NCBI GenBank assembly: GCA_044376115.1
Contig: JBILLK010000008.1
Coordinates: forward strand, 32,001-96,000
Source of the DNA: Polyangiaceae bacterium
Lineage (GTDB): Bacteria > Myxococcota_A > Polyangia > Polyangiales > Polyangiaceae
Length of the DNA: 64,000 nt
Reading direction: 5' to 3'
This document shows, one piece after another, positions 49,222 to 57,471 of the stretch. Below the pieces are notes generated by a model, which was not told the origin of the DNA, did not search any database, and saw only the letters and a list, made by a program, of their open reading frames with translations. Position 1 is the stretch's first letter. Every line of letters begins with the position of its first letter. The translations under genes were made by a program, and so were the position numbers.

Positions 49222-49297
49222 GGGATCACCTGTAGAAGGTTCGAATCCTTCGTCTGCCCAATAGGACGGACAAGCTCATTGGTCGAGCAGTGAACCC
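49222..49297 (+). ncRNA. Circularly permuted tRNA-like module (YrlA/bacterial Y-RNA type)
   Basis: T arm GAAGG-TTCGAAT-CCTTC (49235-51); closed acceptor stem 49252-71; D arm GCTC-ATTGGTC-GAGC (49274-88); anticodon-equivalent stem 49222-29/49290-97. Confidence 0.85.
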
Positions 49298-49327
49298 ATA
49301 TTCAACCGAAGGTTGATACAGCAAACA

Positions 49328-49399
49328 GAATGACTCGTGCCATCTTCGGAAGAAAACGGCCGTAGGCCCAATCGTCCTTAACGTCGGCACGAGTCATTC
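49328..49399 (+). ncRNA. Structured RNA unit with a 14-bp perfect closing stem
   Basis: GAATGACTCGTGCC/GGCACGAGTCATTC enclosing two mini-hairpins. Confidence 0.55.
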
Positions 49400-49414
49400 C
49401 CACCACTAACGGAC

Positions 49415-49586
49415 TAGCGATGAGGGCTCGGTCGTGTACCCGCTTGCGGGTGCCCGACGCGGTCCACGCTCTACGCCCGAGCCCGGACGATCGCTCCGGC
49501 AAGCGTCAACTCGTAAGAGCCCACGCTTGCTTCGCCGTCTTCTGCGCTCGGTCCCGTCGGGCGCAGGCCGGAGTTCCTCATCGCTA
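49415..49586 (+). ncRNA. 172-nt multibranch structured RNA unit
   Basis: 11-bp closing stem TAGCGATGAGG/CCTCATCGCTA plus at least four internal helices. Confidence 0.6.
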
Positions 49587-49614
49587 ACTCCATCTTCCTT
49601 TTTTGAGGTGCGCC

Positions 49615-50706
49615 ATGATTTTCACCATCATCGTTCAACTCGGTGAGCGCGCCGTGCTCTTGCAACACGGTGTCCCCATCGCTGCGCTCGGCCCCGGCCG
49701 TCACCGCCGCATTGGCTTCGGCTACAGCGTGCTCCGCTTCGAGCTCAAGGATTACTTCGTCTACGCGTCGCACGACGTGCGCGCGGTGTTCCCCGCGGCG
49801 TGGATTCACGAGCTCACCATCGCCGAGAACGAGCGCGGTATCGTCCGCGTCGACGGACGCGCCGTTGCCTTCTTACGCCCCGGCGTGGCTCGCCTTTGGG
49901 CCGTCGATCCGGCCTTGACCGTCGAGGTCCTCCGCCTCGACGCGCCCATCCCGGAGCTCACGAGCGATCTTCGCGCGGTGCTCCCGGCCGGCGAAATCGT
50001 CGAGACGGTGGTCGCTCCCCATGAGCGGGGTGTGCTCTTCGTCGACGGCCGCTTCGAGCGCGTGATCGAGCCCGGACTCTACGCCTTCTGGTCGCCACCG
50101 CGCGCTGCCGTGCACGTCCTTCGCGTCGATATGCGTCAGCAAGAGGTCGCGATCGTCGGGCAGGACCTGCTCACCAAGGACAAGGTCAGCTTGCGGCTGT
50201 CGCTCGTCGCCGATATCCGGGTGATCGATCCGGTCTTGGCGACCACGACGGTTACAAGCCCCCGCGATGCAATCTACAGCGCTATCCAGCTCGCCGTGCG
50301 CGGCGTGGTGGGAGCACTAACGCTCGATGAATTGCTCGAGGCACGCGAGCAGATCTCGATCGATTTGGCGCAACGGCTAGCTCAGGACGCAGAGCGCTTC
50401 GGGCTCGAGCTCGTTCGAGTCGGACTGCGCGATGTCGTCCTCCCCGGCGAAATGAAGACGGTGATGAACCGTGTGATCGAGGCCGAGAAGGAGTCCCTCG
50501 CGAACGTGATCCGTCGACGCGAAGAGACCGCAGCGATGCGTCAGCTCGTCAACACCGCACGCCTCGTCGCCGAAAACCCGATGCTCATGCGTATGCGTGA
50601 GCTCGATACACTGAAGGAAATCGCCGGTCAGCTGAAGGACGTCCACCTTGTGGTGGGCACCGACAAGCTGGAAGCGTTGTTCCCGAAGGGGATGCTCGGG
50701 CGATAA
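49615..50706 (+). CDS. Slipin-family SPFH protein with triplicated N-terminal module and no TM helix
   Basis: SD GAGGTG; 3x ER(A/G)-x-G-x-PG repeats; QDLLTKDKVSLR, RREETAAMRQLVNTA...NPMLMRMRELD. Confidence 0.9.
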   Translation: MIFTIIVQLGERAVLLQHGVPIAALGPGRHRRIGFGYSVLRFELKDYFVYASHDVRAVFPAAWIHELTIAENERGIVRVDGRAVAFLRPGVARLWAVDPALTVEVLRLDAPIPELTSDLRAVLPAGEIVETVVAPHERGVLFVDGRFERVIEPGLYAFWSPPRAAVHVLRVDMRQQEVAIVGQDLLTKDKVSLRLSLVADIRVIDPVLATTTVTSPRDAIYSAIQLAVRGVVGALTLDELLEAREQISIDLAQRLAQDAERFGLELVRVGLRDVVLPGEMKTVMNRVIEAEKESLANVIRRREETAAMRQLVNTARLVAENPMLMRMRELDTLKEIAGQLKDVHLVVGTDKLEALFPKGMLGR

Positions 50707-50758
50707 CCAACTGCAAGGCCGGGCCGGAGACAATCCGGCTCGGCTACTGCGGTTCGCG

Positions 50759-51166
50759 CTACTTCGCCTTCATCTTGTTGTTGCGCGCCTCGTGCGTGAC
50801 CTCGGCCAAACCCAGCGCCTCCATCAGCGGTGGGAGATACATACCGAAGCGGCCGCGCAGGCCCTTCTTGAGGCCGTACCAGCCACCAACTGGGTTCTTC
50901 TCCGAGCGCCCCCACGCTTCCACCGTGCCTTCTTTGGCCGGCTTCTGCTCGTCAGCGCTGCCGAGCTCCATCCACTCGCCGTGCTTCTTCAGCATCGCGT
51001 GCAAGTCATCGATGCAACGCACGTCGTAGTGCAGCACCGTCTTGCCGACAGTGCATACGAGCACTTCTTTGCCGCCGACTTCATCCACGTGCATCGTGTA
51101 GTCGGCAGAGAGCGGCGGGGTCTTGAGCGCGAGGGGTTTAGCGGCTGTCCCGATTTTGTGTTTCAT
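50759..51166 (-). CDS. Conserved hypothetical protein (DUF6855-like)
   Basis: LKTPP, LGSADEQKPA.EGTVEAWGRS..NPVGGWYGLKKGLRGRF. Confidence 0.7.
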   Translation of the reverse strand: MKHKIGTAAKPLALKTPPLSADYTMHVDEVGGKEVLVCTVGKTVLHYDVRCIDDLHAMLKKHGEWMELGSADEQKPAKEGTVEAWGRSEKNPVGGWYGLKKGLRGRFGMYLPPLMEALGLAEVTHEARNNKMKAK

Positions 51167-51197
51167 GATCGGCCTCGAGGTGATTGTGGAGTGTGGC

Positions 51198-51650
51198 TCA
51201 AGCGCCTTGCTCGGCGCGACGCTTGAGGTCGGTCGCGAATTGGTCAAACGACTCATCGAAGGAAGGAATCATGTGCGCAAAGAGCGGGAACACCGGTCCG
51301 CCGATCTTCTCGTGCATCGTAAACAGCAGCTTCCCCTCCCCCTTGTCCGTAACTTCATACGTGCGCTTGCCCATCGCGTCACCCCAGACCAATCGATTGG
51401 GCGGACTAAACTCCTTCACCTTCAGCTTGAAGGTACGTTTGGGGTCGAGCGTGGAGCGCAGCTTAATGGTGTTTCCCAGCGCAATATCGCCTTCGATACC
51501 GACGACGGTGGAGCTCCACTTCGGGTAGTCGGCGGCTTGGGTTAGCAGCGCCCAAACGGCATTTGCTTCCGCCTGAATCTCGATTGCGACCGAGGTTTCG
51601 CGCGAGAACGTGTGCCGAGTGGTCGTTGCCTTGGTGTGCGTCGCGGTCAT
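51198..51650 (-). CDS. SRPBCC/START domain protein
   Basis: IEIQAEANAVWALLT...YPKW...LKRRAE. Confidence 0.85.
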   Translation of the reverse strand: MTATHTKATTTRHTFSRETSVAIEIQAEANAVWALLTQAADYPKWSSTVVGIEGDIALGNTIKLRSTLDPKRTFKLKVKEFSPPNRLVWGDAMGKRTYEVTDKGEGKLLFTMHEKIGGPVFPLFAHMIPSFDESFDQFATDLKRRAEQGA

Positions 51651-51683
51651 GGGTCGCTCCTTGGAAGAGCCAATCCCATCGCC

Positions 51684-52532
51684 CTATTCGACCGGCCTGT
51701 CTTGTACAAACTGGACAAGGTTCGGACTGAAGTCCGTCGGAGCGTCAGCTGGGTAGTAGCCCAAGCGCAGCTTCGGCGCAGTTCCAGCATAAGCCTTGAA
51801 CTCGCGAACGAAGTGCGGCTGATCGTAGTAGCCGCATTGCGCCGCGATCTCCGCCAACGTGCATCCCGGATCTTGCTTGAGCAGCTTCAGCGCCCGTTGA
51901 AAGCGTAAGACCCGCGAGTACGTCTTCGGGCTGAAGCCAAGATACGCGCGGAATAGGCGATTGAGTTGCCGCTGGGAGATCGCATTGCGTCGGCACACAG
52001 CGTCGATTGATTGTTCCCCATTCGACGCTTCTATCTCGGCACGTAGCGCCTGAAAGACCTGATAACCGTCCTTCACGCGAAGCCGTTGCGAGAGGAACGC
52101 ATCGAAGATCTCTTTCTGCAGCTGCACGTTCTCTTTCGATCTTTGCAGCGCTTCACACAAGCCGGTTGCGTCGGCCCCAAACACTTCCGATAGCCCGACG
52201 ACGCGATCGTTCCAAAGGTGTACCGGGCGATCGACGAACGGCGCGAGACCGCCGACGTGGAACCTCACACCGCAGCAAACGACCTGACCACGCTGTGCGA
52301 TCCGAATCGGATGCAGACGCTGGGCATCGAGGTTCGAGTGATCGATGGTCAACGATTCACCGTCTAGCCTGCTTCTCTCGTAGGGCGCACCGAAGGTGAA
52401 GATCAAATCGGGCCGCACATCGACGAACACCTCAACAGTGAGATCCATCGGCGCATGCTCGGTGGCGTAAACACACCAATACGACTCGATGTATGGAGCG
52501 AGGGCTTGAGCGGGCAATGCAACTTGATACAT
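51684..52532 (-). CDS. AraC-family regulator
   Basis: RQLNRLF...GFSPKTYSRVLRF...GYYDQPHFVREFK. Confidence 0.92.
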   Translation of the reverse strand: MYQVALPAQALAPYIESYWCVYATEHAPMDLTVEVFVDVRPDLIFTFGAPYERSRLDGESLTIDHSNLDAQRLHPIRIAQRGQVVCCGVRFHVGGLAPFVDRPVHLWNDRVVGLSEVFGADATGLCEALQRSKENVQLQKEIFDAFLSQRLRVKDGYQVFQALRAEIEASNGEQSIDAVCRRNAISQRQLNRLFRAYLGFSPKTYSRVLRFQRALKLLKQDPGCTLAEIAAQCGYYDQPHFVREFKAYAGTAPKLRLGYYPADAPTDFSPNLVQFVQDRPVE

Positions 52533-52545
52533 GGTTTATTTGCGC

Positions 52546-53475
52546 TCACTTCTTCGCGGGAGCTGCGTTCTCTGCGGCGAGCGCTTTGAAACGTTGCTCC
52601 GGCCCGCCCGGCGTATACAGCTGTAACGCGAAGAAGCGCTCGGCTCCTGCCGCCCCGGCAAAGCGATGGGCGGCATGCAGAACGCCGGCGGCCACCTGTG
52701 CACTGGCCCTCGGCTCGAGCAGCGCACCCTGCTCGAGATCGAGCGCCGTCGAGCCGGGAGCGCGCGCGTGGTACAGCCACTTTGCGCCAGTGAGCCCGAT
52801 CAGGATCTCATCGGAGGTCGCGTGCGTATGCTCGGCTACCTCCAAATCCTGGCTCATCGATAGGACACTAAGCGCCGCATTCGGACCTTCAAACCCGAGT
52901 CGCGCGGAGGCTCGACCACCACCCCACACGAGCTCGGGTACCCGCGCGAAATCCGTCTCTTGAATTGGCGAGCTGGTATCGACGGCCATCTTCGAGTTGA
53001 GCGCCGTCTCGAGCGATGCGAGGTCGGTCGATAGGCCGAAGACCACGCACACAGGGCCGCTTGGCTCAATACGCGCGCCGGCTCCACGCACACGAGCGGC
53101 CTTCCAGGCGGAGAGCTTCACTCGACTCTCACCGCGCGCAACACTGACAGCGCCCTCGAGCACCACGACGTCGAGCTCGCCGGGAAACGCGCGCACCGAC
53201 GTCGGCGCCGTTAGCCGCATGCCCACAAACGCTCCTCGCACCTGCACCGAGCGCGCGTCGATCACTGGGTCGCGATCGCTCGGCCAGCCAGAGCAATCCA
53301 CCGTAGGCAGCGAAGGAGGAGGAGCTACGAGCGCCGCTGTTGGGCCTACCGATGCGGACGCAGACGGCGCACTCACCGAGGCCGACGGGCTCATCGACGC
53401 TCGCGGAGAATCAGGCGGCGGCGGCTCTGTGCAACCAAAGGCAACCGCAACAACAATACTCACACCGGCGCGCAT
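52546..53475 (-). CDS. Cupin-domain lipoprotein
   Basis: AFGC lipobox; EHTH..SDE...GVLH, QLYTPGGPEQRF. Confidence 0.7.
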   Translation of the reverse strand: MRAGVSIVVAVAFGCTEPPPPDSPRASMSPSASVSAPSASASVGPTAALVAPPPSLPTVDCSGWPSDRDPVIDARSVQVRGAFVGMRLTAPTSVRAFPGELDVVVLEGAVSVARGESRVKLSAWKAARVRGAGARIEPSGPVCVVFGLSTDLASLETALNSKMAVDTSSPIQETDFARVPELVWGGGRASARLGFEGPNAALSVLSMSQDLEVAEHTHATSDEILIGLTGAKWLYHARAPGSTALDLEQGALLEPRASAQVAAGVLHAAHRFAGAAGAERFFALQLYTPGGPEQRFKALAAENAAPAKK

Positions 53476-53519
53476 CGCGGGATGCTCACACCGGCGGCAC
53501 AACTCCGTCAATTGCAGCA

Positions 53520-54827
53520 TCAGCTGGTCTCGCGTTCATCGGCGAGCAGCTGGGCAGCAAGCACATGGCGGCAGGGCCCTTGCGAGCCTCCAGTGCGGGT
53601 ATGCCAGGTGCACGTGCAGGTGCATGGATCGCTTTGCAGATCAACGCGGTGCTCACCTTGGCTACCAGCGACCCACGCAATCTGACGGGAGGGCTCGAAG
53701 CGCACAGAGCCCGGCGTAGCCGCTGTCTCACGCGCGCTCTTGAGCCGTGGAAGCAGCGTCTCGAGCCGATCCGGACGCCATGGAAGCTCGCGGTGAAACC
53801 AGCGCTGTGCCGCCAAATCAAAGCCGAGGTGCCCCTGCGCAGCGAGCGCTCCAATCATCGCTGGGCCGCCCAACGCGTCGCTATCGAGCACCGCCTGCCA
53901 AGCGAGTTGCGCACGCGCCTCCGCAAACCCTTTGGGCGGCGCGGCTGCGCCCAAGAGGCCGTCGCCCTCTGCGGAGAGTCCACGCCACGGATCCGCCGAC
54001 AACAGCAGCGTCAGCCGACAGGTTTCGCTGTCGATCACCCAGGCCGAGGCTTGGTCCAACGGATCGAACCAAACCGAAAGCGAGCGACTATGTTGTAGTG
54101 CCGGACCAAGTGCACGTAGCCGACTCGGCCCGCTCAGCCGAACAGCCCGCGCAGCTGGCTGAGTCGAGAGACGCAGCGAACTACCCGCCGGGACCATCCA
54201 TGTGGGCGCACCAAACGTCGCCGCGCTTGGCAACGCCATCACCATGCGACGAGCTGTCGCAGCCGCGAAGGTACCGGCCGGTTGCAGCCGCGCAGAGAGC
54301 GAGGCAACGCCCAGGAACCCGCGAAGCCACCGCAGCGGCAAACGGATTCGTCGCTCTTCCACCCGCGCAGACGGAGTTTGCAACGTAAGCGCGCTGGGCG
54401 TCACTCGCAGCTGGGCCTCCGGCTCGAACCGCAGGCCTTGCAATGCGCTACGCAGGCCCGCCGAGAAGTCGACGTTGGTTGTGCCGTGACGGGCGCTCTC
54501 AACGGCGAGCCCCTCCGCTAGCAGGTCCACTCTCGCATAGGCGCTGCAACACGCGGAGAAGCCCTCGAAGCGAACGACGCCACCCCCCACGGTGACGACC
54601 GGATCGGACTCCATCAGAATGCGTCGCAGCATCGCGGCTGGAACGTGATGACGCGCGTTCACCACCTCACCAAGAGCGAGGAGCAAGGGAGAGAAGCGCG
54701 CAGGATCGATCAGTCTCCCAAGGAACGTCGGGCTCTCGGCGCCGCCCGCTTCCGTTACGAGTGTCAGCCCAGAGCCCGCCGCATAGGAACCGCCGTGATA
54801 CTGAGCGCAGTAGTCGAGTGCGTTCAT
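53520..54827 (-). CDS. SWIM zinc-finger protein
   Basis: DPVVT..RFEGFSACC..GTTNVDF; CTCTW...GPCRHVLA. Confidence 0.85.
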   Translation of the reverse strand: MNALDYCAQYHGGSYAAGSGLTLVTEAGGAESPTFLGRLIDPARFSPLLLALGEVVNARHHVPAAMLRRILMESDPVVTVGGGVVRFEGFSACCSAYARVDLLAEGLAVESARHGTTNVDFSAGLRSALQGLRFEPEAQLRVTPSALTLQTPSARVEERRIRLPLRWLRGFLGVASLSARLQPAGTFAAATARRMVMALPSAATFGAPTWMVPAGSSLRLSTQPAARAVRLSGPSRLRALGPALQHSRSLSVWFDPLDQASAWVIDSETCRLTLLLSADPWRGLSAEGDGLLGAAAPPKGFAEARAQLAWQAVLDSDALGGPAMIGALAAQGHLGFDLAAQRWFHRELPWRPDRLETLLPRLKSARETAATPGSVRFEPSRQIAWVAGSQGEHRVDLQSDPCTCTCTWHTRTGGSQGPCRHVLAAQLLADERETS

Positions 54828-57430
54828 CGCGAAAGAATAGCCCGCGCGAGAGTGCCTGCTTTACCGCCCTTAAAGCCTTTCAACGCTTGCACCGTCGCAG
54901 GCGGAAGCGAAGCTGGGTGGTCGATCAGTAACGGGTCGAGCTGCGCGAGCACCTTTACCGCATCGCGCACGCCGTCGATTAGCGGCAGCGCATAAAGCCA
55001 TAGCTCCACCACCGCCGGCGCGAACCCTGCGCGCGCGAGCTCCGCGAGGCAGGTCACGGCTCGCCCCAACGGATAGAAGTCGTCGCGCGCAAGTAACGCA
55101 AGACCATCGGCTAGCTGCTTCGGTTGTAGACGGCCATCGGAAGCTGCAGCCATCGCTAGGTCCACGCCGGCGAGCCGTACCACTGAATGCGGAGACACTA
55201 GCGCTGCAGCCAATAGCTCGTGACCGATCGGGCCGAGCGGAACCGCGCTATCGATCAGCACCGTGACGACGTCTGGATTGCGCGTATCGGTCTCGGTCGA
55301 GCCTACCGCCTGCACGAGTTCATGCAATGACCGCGCATCCACGGCCGCGGTCCAGCTCGGAGAAACCGCTCGATCGTGAGCGATCGCCCCGACTACCTTG
55401 GCGCTTTGATCAGAGGCCGCCAAGTAGCTCCGAACCGCCGAATAAGAAGCTGAAAGCCCAGGCTCTGCGGGCTGCCACCAAACGGAGCCAATCAGGTTGC
55501 AACCATCCACCTCGAGTAGCTTGCTAACGCTGCCGGCCTCCCACGCGTGCAGCGAGCGTCGTCGCTCACCAACCAAGGTCCGCCAGGGCTGATCCCGCAG
55601 CTCGGGATAGTGCTCCTCGAGCGTACGATCGGGGTCATCCGGATTTCGCGCATGGGCCGCCGCGCCCCATAGCTCGACCGACAATCCCGTCGGCGGTACG
55701 CCACCAAGGACGTAGCGCCAAGCGTCCGTCAGCGGTTCACCATCCGCCGCCGGAAGCGGAACCGGTGGCCCCGAGAGACGCTGCCACGCCAGTGCGACGT
55801 CCGCCGGCAGCACCTTGCCCCGCCGCTGCTCCCAACGCTGTACGGCGACGCGCCGATCGAGGTGGCCGCCGCGATGGGTAGGCAGCGAGCACCAAAACAC
55901 CTGCTCCCCCGCTAATAGGCTATCCACGAGTTCGAGCGCTCGACTGCGATAAAGTCGGTGACTCGACCATCCAGCGACCTCCGATGGATCCTCCGGCGGA
56001 GCGATTCCCAGCGCCCAGGCCTGCGCAACCACCGCCAAAAGTGCCCCCGGATCCCAAGGCCGATCCAGCCGTTTTGCCCAGGTCCGCGCCAGCGGCTTGC
56101 AATGCGCGGCCACCGCCGAATCGGGCCGCGGCCGCCGCGCAAGTTCGGCCAGCAGCAGCTCACCGTGATTGACGTCCTCCGCTGATTCGACCCAAGCAGC
56201 GATCGCGGTGAGCAAGGCGTGGTCGTCCAGCTCGAGCCTGGTCGCGATGGCACGTTCTGGCGCTAGTGGATTGAGCGGTGCTGGCATCGGCCGAGCAGCC
56301 GGCGGGGCTAACGCGCTATCGTCGCGTTCGAGGCTCCCTACCACGGTGACGAGCTGCTTCCGAACCCGCGGACTCAATGCCTCCCAGTGCGGCGCAATCA
56401 GCACCCGCAAACGCTCAGCGCTCACAATGCGTACTAGCTGCTGTGCGCCGGCCGCCTGCACGCCAGCATCGGGGTGCACCAGCGCGCTGACCAAGACCGC
56501 CGCAACGTCCTCCTTGGGCTCAGCCGCTTGCCGAACCGCAAGCCAAGCCACCGCCGCCTTGGCCGTCGCCGCCGACCGCACCATTAGCGCACCTTCCAAC
56601 GCGCTCGCCGGAACCCGAGCCGCTTCGAGCGCGCCGCGTAAATGGCCAAGCGCCCACCCCACCGTCGCGCCCGCCGCGCTAGCGAGCAGCCGTTGCAATG
56701 ACTCCGTACGCGCCAGACACTCGTCGGAAGTCGGCGAAAGACTATCGAATAGGCCGGTAAAAAAGGGCTGCCGACCAGGCGCAAAACCTTGAAGCAGCGC
56801 CGAAAGACAAAGGTCCAAAAGCTCCGCCCGCGCGAGCTTGCCCTGCTCCACCCAGCCCCGGAACTGATCGGCCCACTGCGAGCCCGTGAAAGAAGAAAGT
56901 GAAAACTCGCCTTCTCCTTCGTGGGCAAAAAGTAGCGGCAGATCCCGCAAAAGCACCGGCTCCCAGCGCTCGAGCAGCTCGCTCGACTTCCCTCCCCTGT
57001 TCCAAACACCCATCATGCCCATGGCCCAAAGCCGATCGTTTGGGCGCGGCGCGAGCCCCGCCTCCACCAACGCCGCTGCGCGCTTCCAAAATCGAGGAAG
57101 GATGGTGGCGACAAAGCTAGCGAGGCCGGGCGGCTGCAAACGTGAGCTGATCGTTACCAAGGTATCGGGGGCCGGCCCGTATGCGGGCCGCGAGGCCGCC
57201 GCAGTGGCGTCTGCAGCAAACAATGCTAGCCAGGCGCAGCTCGCTTGAGAGACGCCGCGCGCGCGCAACGTATTGTCGGTCGGTACGACCGCCGACCACT
57301 CTTTGAACAGCGCACGCGCTGGCTTGAGGAGCGCCCGACGTGACTCCGCAGACAGACTCTCCAGCCACGCCAGCAGCGCCTCTTGGTTCGCAGCTTCAAC
57401 CAGCGACCGCAGATCGGTCTCAGCGCTCAT
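54824..57430 (-). CDS. Large alpha-helical protein (DUF6493-like) coupled to the SWIM gene
   Basis: ATGA overlap; SLPTHRGGHLD motif; HEAT-like helices. Confidence 0.7.
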   Translation of the reverse strand: MSAETDLRSLVEAANQEALLAWLESLSAESRRALLKPARALFKEWSAVVPTDNTLRARGVSQASCAWLALFAADATAAASRPAYGPAPDTLVTISSRLQPPGLASFVATILPRFWKRAAALVEAGLAPRPNDRLWAMGMMGVWNRGGKSSELLERWEPVLLRDLPLLFAHEGEGEFSLSSFTGSQWADQFRGWVEQGKLARAELLDLCLSALLQGFAPGRQPFFTGLFDSLSPTSDECLARTESLQRLLASAAGATVGWALGHLRGALEAARVPASALEGALMVRSAATAKAAVAWLAVRQAAEPKEDVAAVLVSALVHPDAGVQAAGAQQLVRIVSAERLRVLIAPHWEALSPRVRKQLVTVVGSLERDDSALAPPAARPMPAPLNPLAPERAIATRLELDDHALLTAIAAWVESAEDVNHGELLLAELARRPRPDSAVAAHCKPLARTWAKRLDRPWDPGALLAVVAQAWALGIAPPEDPSEVAGWSSHRLYRSRALELVDSLLAGEQVFWCSLPTHRGGHLDRRVAVQRWEQRRGKVLPADVALAWQRLSGPPVPLPAADGEPLTDAWRYVLGGVPPTGLSVELWGAAAHARNPDDPDRTLEEHYPELRDQPWRTLVGERRRSLHAWEAGSVSKLLEVDGCNLIGSVWWQPAEPGLSASYSAVRSYLAASDQSAKVVGAIAHDRAVSPSWTAAVDARSLHELVQAVGSTETDTRNPDVVTVLIDSAVPLGPIGHELLAAALVSPHSVVRLAGVDLAMAAASDGRLQPKQLADGLALLARDDFYPLGRAVTCLAELARAGFAPAVVELWLYALPLIDGVRDAVKVLAQLDPLLIDHPASLPPATVQALKGFKGGKAGTLARAILSR

Positions 57431-57471
57431 GGGCGCAGTCGAACACGCTCGCGACCGTTATGCCGAGTAAA

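Noticed and set aside
49222..49297. Canonical tRNA gene or integration-site tRNA fragment
   Set aside because: The T arm precedes the D arm, there is no anticodon loop, the acceptor end is looped, and no integrase is nearby.
49026..49809. Short ORFs in the ncRNA region (49026+, 49302-, 49434+, 49471-)
   Set aside because: No motifs or good SD; the base-pairing pattern explains the sequence better.
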